From a virus (taxonomy: Duplodnaviria; Caudoviricetes), in IMG/VR virus record IMGVR_UViG_3300002054_000008, positions 1 to 64,000 of that record: a stretch of DNA of 64,000 nucleotides. One strand, given 5' to 3'. Of the stretch, positions 38,837-48,432 are shown in pieces. The position numbers and the translations under genes are program-made. Below the pieces are notes generated by a model. That model saw only the letters and a program-made list of their open reading frames with translations, was not told the origin of the DNA and did no database searches. How positions within the stretch are numbered: position 1 is the first letter of the stretch; every line of letters starts with the position of its first letter.

Positions 38837-39295
38837 ATGTCAGAAACACACACATATCCAGCTTTAGACGAAGGAAATATTAAAATCGTCCTCAAGCATC
38901 TGTCGGATAACCCACAGTACCTAAACGACGCTAATTGTCCTTACACCGAGGACACTAAGTCCCTATTCCTAAAGCCCACTTCTACAGATACTGGGAAGAT
39001 TGTCAACAACATCCAGCGTCAGATAGATGTTCTGGATAAACTCAACGCTCAGCTTGAGCGCCAGAGTGAGCGTTTTGACAATGGGGAACTGGAACCATCA
39101 GAGGCTAATGCCTATTTCCGTCAAAGAATCAATGTAGCGCGAGAAATTCTCGAACTACAGGAGAAACTGGCCCACGTCCAGAATGTCCAAGCCTTTTATG
39201 CTCAAGTCATGGAAGTCATGGAAGATAACATGGATGTTGACCAAAGAGGAGCGGCCATTGGTCAGCTTCAAGCTATTATCGAAAAGGAAGGTTAA
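38837..39295 (+). CDS. Helical hypothetical protein (small-terminase candidate)
   Basis: AAGGAG RBS; divergent from TerL; coiled coil. Confidence 0.5.
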   Translation: MSETHTYPALDEGNIKIVLKHLSDNPQYLNDANCPYTEDTKSLFLKPTSTDTGKIVNNIQRQIDVLDKLNAQLERQSERFDNGELEPSEANAYFRQRINVAREILELQEKLAHVQNVQAFYAQVMEVMEDNMDVDQRGAAIGQLQAIIEKEG

Positions 39296-39296
39296 A

Positions 39297-41771
39297 TTGG
39301 CTAACACAATCTTTAAAGACACAGCACCTGCGTATTATGCGAAGGGTGTATCGGTTATTCCGCTGCGCGTTCACGAGAAACGACCATTCACGAATGGTTG
39401 GCAGCATTACCATAATCAGGAAGTATCTCAGACCCAGCAGACAGCTTGGTTGAACTCTTACCCAACAGGTAACATCGGCCTTGTGCTTGGTGAACAATCT
39501 GGTGTGTGCGTAATTGATATTGATACTGATGATGTAGAAATTATCAAAATCATCGAAGACATTATCCCTGCTTCCCCTTGGAAGCGTGTTGGTAAGAAAG
39601 GTTATGTTGCTGCCTATAAGTTCAATGGTACACCGACATTTCGTGTTGATGATAAGAATGGTGTTCGCTTCGTTGAACACTTATCCACCAGAACACAGGT
39701 TGTTCTACCACCATCAATTCACCCTGATACAGGTAAGCCATATGTGGCAAACTGCGAGTTACTGTCAGTTATTGACAGTTTACCTACTTTACCACAGGAT
39801 ATTGAGAGTATTCTAAGGTCTGCTTTCGAACTGGAAGGTCGTAAACTTTCAACCAATGGTTGGACGAAAATGACCTCTTATGTTTCATCTGGTTCCAGAG
39901 ATACACAAATGATTCGTGTGGCTGGCCTTGGAGCGCGTGGTGTTGTGCGTGGCGAAACCACGTTTAAACGTGCTCTCGAAGACATGGTGGGATGGTATGA
40001 GTCCCGTGTCGAGAAAGTAGCGGGTGATGATATTGATATTGAGAAAGGTCTTCGCCGCCTAGCTGAATATGTCCGCTCTGACGTTGAGAAGGGTAGACAG
40101 TTACCTGTGGGTTGGGATGAAGATATGACCAAAGAGCAACTTGCTGAATATGGTCTTTCCTTTACAGAAGACGACCAGCAGTGGGAGTTTGAGAAGCTAC
40201 GTGATTATATTCACGAGCAGTTCTCTATTCACCCTGAAAAGTCCACTGGTAGGATTCAGGCTGTTGATAAAGTTATGAAGAAAATGAGTTCCAACAAAAT
40301 GGCTCCTAAACATGCACAGCTTAGTGCCTTAGAAGAGAATATCCTTCTTGATACTATCAAATCTGGTTTTGGTAAGGGTTTGAGTTATGCAGCGATGCGT
40401 AAGCAGATTGCAGAGTTCTCTGCTGGCCCTGTTGAAGGTACTGACCATTCGCAGATTGCACGAGCAGTCCTGCGGGATATTCAAAGAGACACAAATCTTA
40501 GACACCATAATGGTAGCTTTTGGTCTTGGGAGGGTTCTCACTGGGAACCCTATGAGAAGCAGAACATTCGGGTGATGATTTCACAAAATTATGGTGACTT
40601 ACCTTATGCCCGTAAATCGTCTGACCACAAAGGTATCTTGGATATTATTGAACAGCTATGTCCACAAGACTTGAAAGACATTGATATTCAAGGTGTCAAC
40701 TTTGCCAATGGTGTATTTACGGAGGATGGTAAGCTGGTTGACCACAAGCCAGAGTACGGTTTTACCTATACGCTGCCTTATAGGTATCTTCCAGACGACT
40801 CACATCGTTGTGAGCAGTTTATGAGGTTCTTGGAGACCTGCTGGGGTCGTGACAAAGACTTTGAGGATAAGAAGCTTGCCTTACAGGAAGCTATTTGTGC
40901 CACAGTGTTTGGATGGTCGCCTAGATACCAGAAAGTGTTCTGCCTATATGGTGTTGCCCGTTCTGGTAAGTCACAGCTTCTGGAAATCGTAGAGGGTCTG
41001 GTTCCTAGTAACTCGGTTTCCTCTGTCAGTTTTGATAAGTGGGCAGATGGGCCAAGTCTGGTTGCCTTAGATGGTAAGTTGGTCAACATTGTTGGTGAGC
41101 TTGCGATTGACGCTAATATCCGCTCTGATATTTTCAACAAGGTTGTTGTTGGTGAACCTATCTCACTGCGTCAGCTATATGGTCAAACATATCTTACGAG
41201 GCTTCGTGCTGGTCACTGGATTGGTTCTAACCATCCACCTAGCTCTAAAGACCCTTCCGAGGGTTTCAACAGACGCTGGTTGTACTTCAAGTTCAACTAT
41301 CAGGTTCGACCAGAGGATATTATTCCAAATATCGGACGTAAGATTATTGCCGAGGAACGTGAAGCTATTCTAGCTTGGGCTATGGAAGCTCGTGCACGTC
41401 TAACGAAACAACATGGGTACACTCTGTCTGAAAGCCACAAGGAGTTCACAGCTACCGTAGCGGGGTATAATGATAGTATCCGTTTTTTCGTTACGGACAG
41501 CGGCAAAGTCCAGACGCTGGGGAAGGACGAGGATGGCAAGTGGATTGGGAACCCCATTTCAGACGTCCAATTTCACGACGCATATTCGAGCTATTGTATC
41601 ACGGCGGCGGGTGTAAAGCCTGTTTCTATAAGGAGCTTCAAGCTGCGTCTCCATCAACTCGCGCAAAGTATGGGATGGGAGAGAGTAGTGGGCGAGAGCC
41701 AAATCACAGGAGAAAAAGTGGCACTGTATTATGGAGTCACACTTGCGACAAGCAAGGCGAAGAAATTGTAG
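39297..41771 (+). CDS. Bifunctional primase/polymerase (Prim-Pol) fused to D5-like SF3 helicase
   Basis: VIPL...KRP, NIGL, VIDID, VLPPSIHPDTG; GVARSGKS Walker A; RRW; TTG start. Confidence 0.9.
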   Translation: MANTIFKDTAPAYYAKGVSVIPLRVHEKRPFTNGWQHYHNQEVSQTQQTAWLNSYPTGNIGLVLGEQSGVCVIDIDTDDVEIIKIIEDIIPASPWKRVGKKGYVAAYKFNGTPTFRVDDKNGVRFVEHLSTRTQVVLPPSIHPDTGKPYVANCELLSVIDSLPTLPQDIESILRSAFELEGRKLSTNGWTKMTSYVSSGSRDTQMIRVAGLGARGVVRGETTFKRALEDMVGWYESRVEKVAGDDIDIEKGLRRLAEYVRSDVEKGRQLPVGWDEDMTKEQLAEYGLSFTEDDQQWEFEKLRDYIHEQFSIHPEKSTGRIQAVDKVMKKMSSNKMAPKHAQLSALEENILLDTIKSGFGKGLSYAAMRKQIAEFSAGPVEGTDHSQIARAVLRDIQRDTNLRHHNGSFWSWEGSHWEPYEKQNIRVMISQNYGDLPYARKSSDHKGILDIIEQLCPQDLKDIDIQGVNFANGVFTEDGKLVDHKPEYGFTYTLPYRYLPDDSHRCEQFMRFLETCWGRDKDFEDKKLALQEAICATVFGWSPRYQKVFCLYGVARSGKSQLLEIVEGLVPSNSVSSVSFDKWADGPSLVALDGKLVNIVGELAIDANIRSDIFNKVVVGEPISLRQLYGQTYLTRLRAGHWIGSNHPPSSKDPSEGFNRRWLYFKFNYQVRPEDIIPNIGRKIIAEEREAILAWAMEARARLTKQHGYTLSESHKEFTATVAGYNDSIRFFVTDSGKVQTLGKDEDGKWIGNPISDVQFHDAYSSYCITAAGVKPVSIRSFKLRLHQLAQSMGWERVVGESQITGEKVALYYGVTLATSKAKKL

Positions 41772-41845
41772 ACCGAGCTTGGGTAAAACCTATGTTTGAT
41801 AATATTCAAACATTTTCGGAACAACAGCTAGAAATGGAGTAACCA

Positions 41846-42064
41846 ATGGCTAAACGATTTACAGAAGAAGGCTTAGTAATCCCGCGAGGTGTCTGCATGG
41901 ACAAAGACCGCGAGGGTCACTATAGGGCCACGTATAAGGGGCATAGTATTCGCTGTGCCTCTTTAGACGAGGCTATTGCCAAGAGGAAAGAACTGGTGAA
42001 AGCAGGAGTGCCTCACCCAAAATATAAGGAGTGGTTTGGTGCTGGTAAAAATCGGAATAAATAA
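41846..42064 (+). CDS. Small hypothetical DNA-binding protein (AP2-like)
   Basis: GGAG RBS; GV...YRA...LDEAIAKR. Confidence 0.45.
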   Translation: MAKRFTEEGLVIPRGVCMDKDREGHYRATYKGHSIRCASLDEAIAKRKELVKAGVPHPKYKEWFGAGKNRNK

Positions 42065-42339
42065 GTTCCTCTCCCGCCATAGTAGGTGGCGAGAGGAATG
42101 CTTCGACCATATTGGTTGGAAGGGAGGTAGGAAACTCCTACGTCTCAAGGGTATTTATAAGCGCTCACTTTGGGATTGGTTCACACGTTCACGTCGTGTT
42201 CCACAAAGTGTTGCAGAAGAAATGCTAAAAGACGGGGCTATTGAACAATATATCCCTGTTCAGGGACTAGATATGGTATTAGTCAAGTGTAATGCTACTA
42301 TATATGGTGTCTATATGGATTATACTCCCTCATAAATAA

Positions 42340-42375
42340 GACCTGTGGCCCCGATTTTACTCAGGGTCACAGGTC
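42340..42375. terminator. Hairpin/terminator
   Basis: GACCTGTGGCCC...GGGTCACAGGTC. Confidence 0.5.
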
Positions 42376-42449
42376 ACTTCGGCTAACAAGGAAAATTGAC
42401 AGGCGAACCTGTCTATTGCTCTATAGACATTTCTGTGTATTATGTCCAC

Positions 42450-42875
42450 ATGTTTATGAACCAAGGTGTGGATTACACGTTCACAGGACGACAGGTTAGG
42501 GGCCGACGCCAAATTATACTACTTCGAGACATTGATTTCGGGGTTTTCGTAGTTCCCAAGGGCTTTTTATGTGATGGAGCCTCAATTCCAGCATTTGCAG
42601 ACAATTTATTCGGCCTAGACCCTCTAAGACGTGAATATCTTGGTGCAGCTATTGCACATGACTATGCGTATTCGTCTAAGTGGGGGTCGAGGTGGGAGTG
42701 TGACAAATTATTCTCACTTCTTATCTGGTATGGGTCAAAAAGGGTGTTAAGGTTCGCTTTTGCCCCGATTATGCTGTTTTCGGTCAGAATTGGTGGTTTT
42801 GAAGGCTATTATGCCGAAAACCGCTCATTATTGAGCTATTATTGGTCAAAAGTGCGTGAAATCGCTCACATTTGA
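42450..42875 (+). CDS. DUF1353-like protein
   Basis: VPKGF.CDGASIP, AAIAHDYAY, CD.LF, VRIGG. Confidence 0.75.
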   Translation: MFMNQGVDYTFTGRQVRGRRQIILLRDIDFGVFVVPKGFLCDGASIPAFADNLFGLDPLRREYLGAAIAHDYAYSSKWGSRWECDKLFSLLIWYGSKRVLRFAFAPIMLFSVRIGGFEGYYAENRSLLSYYWSKVREIAHI

Positions 42876-43186
42876 GCATTTAATCGCCAAGAAGACCTCC
42901 ACGCCCACTGATGCGCCCTCAATAACATACGTTCATCCTCTAACATGTTGGTTAAACCCTCTGTGCCATTGGTTCTAAGACCATAAATGTCATACACCTT
43001 ATCCCCAATCTTAGTCCACACATGGTCAATGTTTGTCCAAGGCTCGGCATCAGGCCAGATTGTCTTTAGGATTCTGTAAAGTTCGAAGCAACTACCTTGG
43101 GTATAGACGTGGGTTGAGTCTGCGAAGCTGGTTCTGATAGCTCCGATTACTTCTAAGGGGTCGATGTGGTGGAAGTCTTTTGTCAT
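42866..43186 (-). CDS. Hypothetical protein
   Basis: YTQGSC...DHV...YDIYG; TTGACA upstream, probably leaderless. Confidence 0.6.
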   Translation of the reverse strand: MTKDFHHIDPLEVIGAIRTSFADSTHVYTQGSCFELYRILKTIWPDAEPWTNIDHVWTKIGDKVYDIYGLRTNGTEGLTNMLEDERMLLRAHQWAWRSSWRLNAQM

Positions 43187-43279
43187 AGGTTGGCACTAAA
43201 AACCATAGGGGTGAGATTGTCAACACCCAAAGTGAATTATTTGCGCGAAATGTATAGTAGGATGTGCGCGAAATGTGTA

Positions 43280-43333
43280 TTAGAACATTCTATTCAGTCT
43301 GCGTTGCCTACGTCTATATCTTCGTTTCAACAT
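43280..43333 (-). CDS. 17-aa Arg-rich micropeptide MLKRRYRRRQRRLNRMF
   Basis: GGAGG 5 nt before ATG; TATAAC upstream. Confidence 0.4.
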   Translation of the reverse strand: MLKRRYRRRQRRLNRMF

Positions 43334-43664
43334 AATAACCTCCATTTGCTCGTGTTATACTTCGTGGGGGTGGGAGTTGGAACAGACGTTTACGCAGGGC
43401 TGCTATGACAGGTGTTAGTGGCTGTTTTCTGCAAAACAGGCGTGAAAGGCTGTTGGGTATAAATCAGCTTTTCGAAAAATTATAAACTACCGAGTGGCAA
43501 CAGGTGTGGCGCTACACTACCACATACACTAATAAAGTGTGCTACCCTTCTACGCAATCCAAGTGCGAGTGGAAGTGTTAGTGGAACATAAGCAGAACAT
43601 AACATTACGCATTTGTAATAAATATATGCTTCTATTTATACCCATAATCATGCTAAGAATAGGT

Positions 43665-43780
43665 ATAGCCAAGGGGTTAGCCCTTGCTATCAAGCCTCAC
43701 ATATAGGGCTTGTGCTACACACTGTAGCAAGCGGATAAGTGTGTCTTATCCACTAATCACAATAGTCCTAGCTAGGACTA
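43665..43780 (+). ncRNA. Structured leader: five consecutive hairpins ahead of the first early gene
   Basis: Stems 43665-43690, 43691-43712, 43713-43729, 43733-43751, 43763-43780. Confidence 0.5.
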
Positions 43781-43804
43781 AGACAAAAGAAAAGAGTTTT
43801 CACA

Positions 43805-44536
43805 ATGTCAAAAACAATTAAAGCAATCACAAGCCAAGCCGCTACTACATACGCAACGGATAACATTATCCCCGTATTAGAAGCCCTTGCAACCTTAGAC
43901 GCTAGCACACAAACACAAAACAAGTTGCTAGCATACCACGTCTTTGAAACGTCCCTGCTAGCAGGTGATGAAAAGATTAACCATGCAATGATTGAAAAGT
44001 CTATTAACCGCACGTTTGACAAGCGCGTCACTAATAAGGGCTTGAAAGTTGCAACCTATGTTAAAGACGCTAAGCCAGCGGCCAATGGTGTTATATACAC
44101 CGCTGAACAATTCCAAGGTGACACACCAGAATTGCACGTTATGACAGTTTATGGCCATATCGCCGCATATGAACGCGACCAAAAAGCAAATAAGGCAGAT
44201 ACTAAATCAGTAGTAGAACAAGCCCTTGCCGCTAGTGGTTTACCTATCGAATTAGCTGATAAGCAAATCAAGTTGGCACAAGATGGCAATGACGCCGCTA
44301 TGTCTTTTGTTAAAAATGCGTCTGAAAAGTTTACCCCTGCACAAAAGGTTAGTGCTAGTGGTAGTGAAACACAAGCAACGCCGCAAGATACGCTAACAGC
44401 CGCGCTTGATGTGCTTATTGATATGACTACTAATGGCAATGAGCAAGCCGCGTATGACTGGCTAGGGCAAGCAATCGAATTGCTAGGCTTTGGTAATGAG
44501 ACAGAGCAAGAAACACCTATTGCACAAGCCGCATAG
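43805..44536 (+). CDS. First early gene, Ala-rich hypothetical protein
   Basis: 243-aa ORF bracketed by two perfect palindromes. Confidence 0.75.
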   Translation: MSKTIKAITSQAATTYATDNIIPVLEALATLDASTQTQNKLLAYHVFETSLLAGDEKINHAMIEKSINRTFDKRVTNKGLKVATYVKDAKPAANGVIYTAEQFQGDTPELHVMTVYGHIAAYERDQKANKADTKSVVEQALAASGLPIELADKQIKLAQDGNDAAMSFVKNASEKFTPAQKVSASGSETQATPQDTLTAALDVLIDMTTNGNEQAAYDWLGQAIELLGFGNETEQETPIAQAA

Positions 44537-44680
44537 TCCTAGCTAGGACTTTACGAAATACTATCACGGCTTAGGCCGTGGTAGTGGAAGTCGCACTCTT
44601 CTACAGAGCGCCCACCCCTAAACTCGCCCTTAAAGAGCGCGACTTCCATAAATCCGCGACTTTTTCAGAAAGCTAGTATC

Positions 44681-44974
44681 ATGTTACCTTTTTCGACCCA
44701 AATCACACAGCCACAAGGCACGAATTACGTTGTTGAATTTCTGAACAAAAATCGCACTCCAATTTTTCGATTTGAGACTGCGGATTGGTCTCTTGCAAAA
44801 AATCTTGAAGAAAACGCAATTACGCTTTTTTACAAGTGGCAAGAAGTTCGCACTTTGCAAACGTCCAATTCTGGCTGGCCTACTTTCGCAATACTCTGTG
44901 ACGCGATGTATTTCCCAACTCGCACAGGTGCTCATGCTGTTATCTATACGGAGATTGAAAATGCTTATCTCTGA
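44681..44974 (+). CDS. Hypothetical protein
   Basis: ORF overlapping next start. Confidence 0.5.
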   Translation: MLPFSTQITQPQGTNYVVEFLNKNRTPIFRFETADWSLAKNLEENAITLFYKWQEVRTLQTSNSGWPTFAILCDAMYFPTRTGAHAVIYTEIENAYL

Positions 44975-45314
44975 CGCATTAGTCCTAGCTAGGACTCCTC
45001 AAGAATATAAGGCTGTGTTAGCGCACTCTGCAATTCACAAAACGCTCGACCCAAAAGCTAGGCTTGCATATCTGCGAGTGTTCCACTTCCACCCCCACCA
45101 ACACCCTGACCTCGCGCAAGTCATATACAACGAGCATCCACTTGACCCCCAACATCCTTTTGCTCTAACACTTAGTAGGCGTCGTCGTGTTAGTCGTAGT
45201 GGAACACCAGTCGAAATTCCCTCACTTGGGCCAATTCAAGATGTGCCGACAAGTGGCGAATGGGAAGGATTTGGCGATATTCGTATCATTGTGAGCAGAT
45301 GCGTGAGGCGTTAG
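44961..45314 (+). CDS. Hypothetical protein
   Basis: GGAG RBS before MLISDAL. Confidence 0.5.
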   Translation: MLISDALVLARTPQEYKAVLAHSAIHKTLDPKARLAYLRVFHFHPHQHPDLAQVIYNEHPLDPQHPFALTLSRRRRVSRSGTPVEIPSLGPIQDVPTSGEWEGFGDIRIIVSRCVRR

Positions 45315-45439
45315 TGGTCGTGGTAGTGTGAGTGAGGGCACAGTTTTGGTTAAAAGTGCGACATTCTGCCATACCATATGTTGTGTCTAAATGGAAAATA
45401 GACACAAGAGACCACTTTCACAACCTTTGAGTGTAAATA

Positions 45440-45700
45440 AAAGTGTTTGACAACCTGACCACTGAAAACCGTTGTAAACCAGTGGGTTAACTTGCAAAGA
45501 CTCGTCAAAATTGCTCATTTTACCCTAAATAAGTGTTGGATATATGTTTGTATATTTTTCTCTATTTCTAAGTAATGGAAAAAATAGTAATATATAGATT
45601 ACAGTATTTTATATAATATAGAAATCACTAGGGTCATACCAACACTTTTAAATCGGCTAAGCCCTTGATTTCATTGGCCCGAACCCAAATAACAAACACT
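45440..45700. promoter_or_regulatory. AT-rich non-coding region with IHF-consensus site (putative replication origin or packaging control)
   Basis: AT-rich 45520-45625; TAAGCCCTTGATT at 45658-45670 matches WATCAANNNNTTR on the minus strand. Confidence 0.45.
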
Positions 45701-45723
45701 TTTGAAAATGGAGTTTTATACCC

Positions 45724-45912
45724 ATGTCCGAAGCCCAAATTAAAATACTGTTAGAAAACAATGAGTTAGACTTCCTGCTCCACTTACTCAAGAATGCACA
45801 CGGCAGAGCAGTCCTCAATCCTAAACGTGCACAACGTATTTCACGTTTACTAACACGGCTGTACCAAGCCAAGCAAGGTGCAGAGTTCGACAAACTCACA
45901 AGTCCTAACTAG
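45724..45912 (+). CDS. Hypothetical protein
   Basis: GGAG RBS; stop codon inside a palindrome. Confidence 0.6.
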   Translation: MSEAQIKILLENNELDFLLHLLKNAHGRAVLNPKRAQRISRLLTRLYQAKQGAEFDKLTSPN

Positions 45913-45966
45913 GACTTCCACTAACACTACTACCACCACCCCTACCCTCACTCACAGGAGCACGTT

Positions 45967-46344
45967 ATGTCAAATTACGGACGAGCAATGGGCCTAGTCT
46001 TTGGCTTCCCCTCCTGCTGCATCACAGCCTTCTGTAATAACAGGAGCAACCTCGCTGAAAACTCACAGGCGCATGGCACAGGTTATATGCCCTGTAAAAC
46101 TTGCAATGATGTGATAGAGGATGTAGGACTGCCAGAGTTTGTTAAGACTGTGATAGCTCCACGCCGCAAACTATCCACACCTTTCCCTAAAAACCGAAAC
46201 GAAGAAGAGTTTGAGCGTTTATTTAAAGAAACACTCATCTTTCTCGAAGACGAAAACCCTATCTGCATTGATTGTGGACAACAAATAGGCCGCGATAATT
46301 GTGGCTGTCCCACCCCTACTAACACGGAGACTTCCAATGAATAA
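45967..46344 (+). CDS. Cys-rich hypothetical protein
   Basis: G..FGFPSCCI..F, GTGY.PC..C; AGGAG RBS. Confidence 0.65.
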   Translation: MSNYGRAMGLVFGFPSCCITAFCNNRSNLAENSQAHGTGYMPCKTCNDVIEDVGLPEFVKTVIAPRRKLSTPFPKNRNEEEFERLFKETLIFLEDENPICIDCGQQIGRDNCGCPTPTNTETSNE

Positions 46345-46690
46345 GCAAGCCCTACGCTCACTAGCAGATTATTGCGAAAACGATGATGGTTTCAACTTCC
46401 AAAGCATAGCTTACTGTTGCGTCCCCGCCGCCTATGATTGCTTTGAACTTATGAGACCTGTAGAAGGCATCACTTGGACAAACTGGCCACAATGTATAGC
46501 TGAAATAGCCCAACACCTACAAATTACACCAGAGCAAGCTGAAAACTTGTTCAATCCATTCGACAAGTTCCCTATGGATACAGGCTTCGAAGACCACCTG
46601 ACAGACGAAAATGCAATAGAAGCCCTTCGTCACTTCGCAGACTACGACGGAGAGAACATGTGGAAAATCATTTATGACGAGGAATGTTAG
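46337..46690 (+). CDS. Acidic hypothetical protein
   Basis: GGAG RBS. Confidence 0.6.
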   Translation: MNKQALRSLADYCENDDGFNFQSIAYCCVPAAYDCFELMRPVEGITWTNWPQCIAEIAQHLQITPEQAENLFNPFDKFPMDTGFEDHLTDENAIEALRHFADYDGENMWKIIYDEEC

Positions 46691-46691
46691 C

Positions 46692-46928
46692 ATGAGCCTC
46701 TACGGAATATCCCTTGATGATACACCCATGACCGCACCCTCTCGGATTAAGCCTAAAATCTACAGAGTAGCAATAGAGGAAGTACAAACTGCCTATATCG
46801 ACATAGCTGCACCAAATGTGCAGGAAGCTATTGCCAGAGTGCAGAAGGGTAAAGGTTTACTCGTCAAAACCTCTCACAAAGACAGATTACTGGACACTGC
46901 CAGAATAGTGCCTAGACCCTCAAATTAG
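46692..46928 (+). CDS. Hypothetical protein
   Basis: GAGG RBS. Confidence 0.55.
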   Translation: MSLYGISLDDTPMTAPSRIKPKIYRVAIEEVQTAYIDIAAPNVQEAIARVQKGKGLLVKTSHKDRLLDTARIVPRPSN

Positions 46929-46937
46929 GAGACACCT

Positions 46938-47234
46938 ATGTCCTATGACGTATTCTTCAACAACCGCACGTTCAACATCACGTCGAACATAACTCCCATG
47001 ACCAAAGCTGCTGGCTTATACCTACCTGACCTACACGGACTAACAGGAGCACAAGCACAGCCACGTCTAGCCTCTTGCCTGATGTATCTGACCAACTACA
47101 ACAACTCGCGCTCACTGCGTAAGCTGGAGCCTATCAATGGCTGGGGAACACTCGAACATACAATCACATTCTTAACCCGTCTATACTTCACCTTAAACGA
47201 AGACTTAGACCAAGTAATAGGAGTTCACTCGTGA
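46938..47234 (+). CDS. Conserved phage hypothetical protein
   Basis: MSYDV...NITSN...P.NGWG pattern; AGGAG RBS. Confidence 0.65.
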   Translation: MSYDVFFNNRTFNITSNITPMTKAAGLYLPDLHGLTGAQAQPRLASCLMYLTNYNNSRSLRKLEPINGWGTLEHTITFLTRLYFTLNEDLDQVIGVHS

Positions 47235-47525
47235 AAACCCGCCCTATCCAAAATATACCACCTAGAGGCATCCTAGCCTTCAATGGTAGCTTAATGGTTA
47301 GGTTTGGAGAACACGGAGACTTCTACGTCCTCAACGGGGGCATGGGAAGGAACATACGATGGAACCCACGTTCTCGTACATAGGACAGGACGTACACACA
47401 TTACAGAACCTTTCGAAGAAGTCCTAGAACTGACTGATGAAGATAGAGCACAGTGGTACGTCGGGAAGCGTAAGATTGTGCTAGACCCACCTGAACCCGA
47501 AGACCCTAACCCAATTCCATTCTAG
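47231..47525 (+). pseudogene. Hypothetical gene apparently split by +1 G in a G5 run (47336-47340)
   Basis: GTG start with AGGAG RBS reads ...GDFYVLNG; removing one G continues AWEGTYDG... to 47525. Confidence 0.55.
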
Positions 47526-47560
47526 TCCTAACTAGGACTCACACCAACACGGAGGTTATT

Positions 47561-47899
47561 ATGTCCACTACAGTCTTTAGATACGAAGATGAACGTGGAA
47601 TTGGCCCTTATCAATCCTCAACTTATGTGGGCCTACATCACGAAGACTCAAATCATCCAAGTCCTAGAATGGAAGGTTTTAGGTCTCTTGAAACACAAGA
47701 ATTTTGTGCTCTAACTTTGGAACAGTTCAGAAACTGGTTCACTCGTGATGAATGTGAGTTACTTGAAAGTAAGGGCTTCAAGATAATAGAATATGAGGTT
47801 CCAGACGATGCAAGACCCTTCAAGGGTGAAAAACAAATTGTGATAATCAAGTCCATGTGCACGGAGAAAGCTATATGGACATACAGGAGACTACCATGA
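47561..47899 (+). CDS. Conserved phage hypothetical protein
   Basis: VFRYE...GIGPY...HPSP...QFRNWF...GF...G.KQ; GGAGG RBS. Confidence 0.65.
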   Translation: MSTTVFRYEDERGIGPYQSSTYVGLHHEDSNHPSPRMEGFRSLETQEFCALTLEQFRNWFTRDECELLESKGFKIIEYEVPDDARPFKGEKQIVIIKSMCTEKAIWTYRRLP

Positions 47900-48144
47900 A
47901 ACACTTAACAGCAATAGTCCTACTAGGACTTTCACTATCAGCTTGTGGCCCACAACCACTTTACCAACCACAATTTGAGACCTGTTACAACTTCAAGACA
48001 GAAGAAACTATGACTTATGATGTAAAGCAAGCCAAGACTAATGGTCTGTTTCATCCAACACTAGAGTTCACTGACACAGAAGGTTACCAACGTGTTGTAA
48101 CTTACGAAACTATTGGCGACTGGAAATGTCGTCCCACCAAATAG
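47896..48144 (+). CDS. Lipoprotein
   Basis: MKHLTAIVLLGLSLSA-C lipobox. Confidence 0.7.
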   Translation: MKHLTAIVLLGLSLSACGPQPLYQPQFETCYNFKTEETMTYDVKQAKTNGLFHPTLEFTDTEGYQRVVTYETIGDWKCRPTK

Positions 48145-48153
48145 GAGAATATC

Positions 48154-48432
48154 ATGAAAATCGGAAACACAGATTTCACAATCATTGGAGCAGACCCTGA
48201 CCAACTAGCCAAAGTTCTAAACGAAGAGTTCCCAAATCGTGAAGCACTTATTGGCTCATACATTACAGCCGTTGGCCCTACAGAGTTCATGATGTTGGAA
48301 GAGAATCTCGGTATGCACTGGGTATCGTTCTTCCTTAAACTACTAGACTTCGACACAACAGGCATCCGTGCACGTCTCGACAGCCAAGGTGTTGACCTAA
48401 ACATTGGCTGGTTATTTTTGGAGACAGAGTAA
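48154..48432 (+). CDS. Hypothetical protein
   Basis: AGGAG RBS. Confidence 0.6.
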   Translation: MKIGNTDFTIIGADPDQLAKVLNEEFPNREALIGSYITAVGPTEFMMLEENLGMHWVSFFLKLLDFDTTGIRARLDSQGVDLNIGWLFLETE

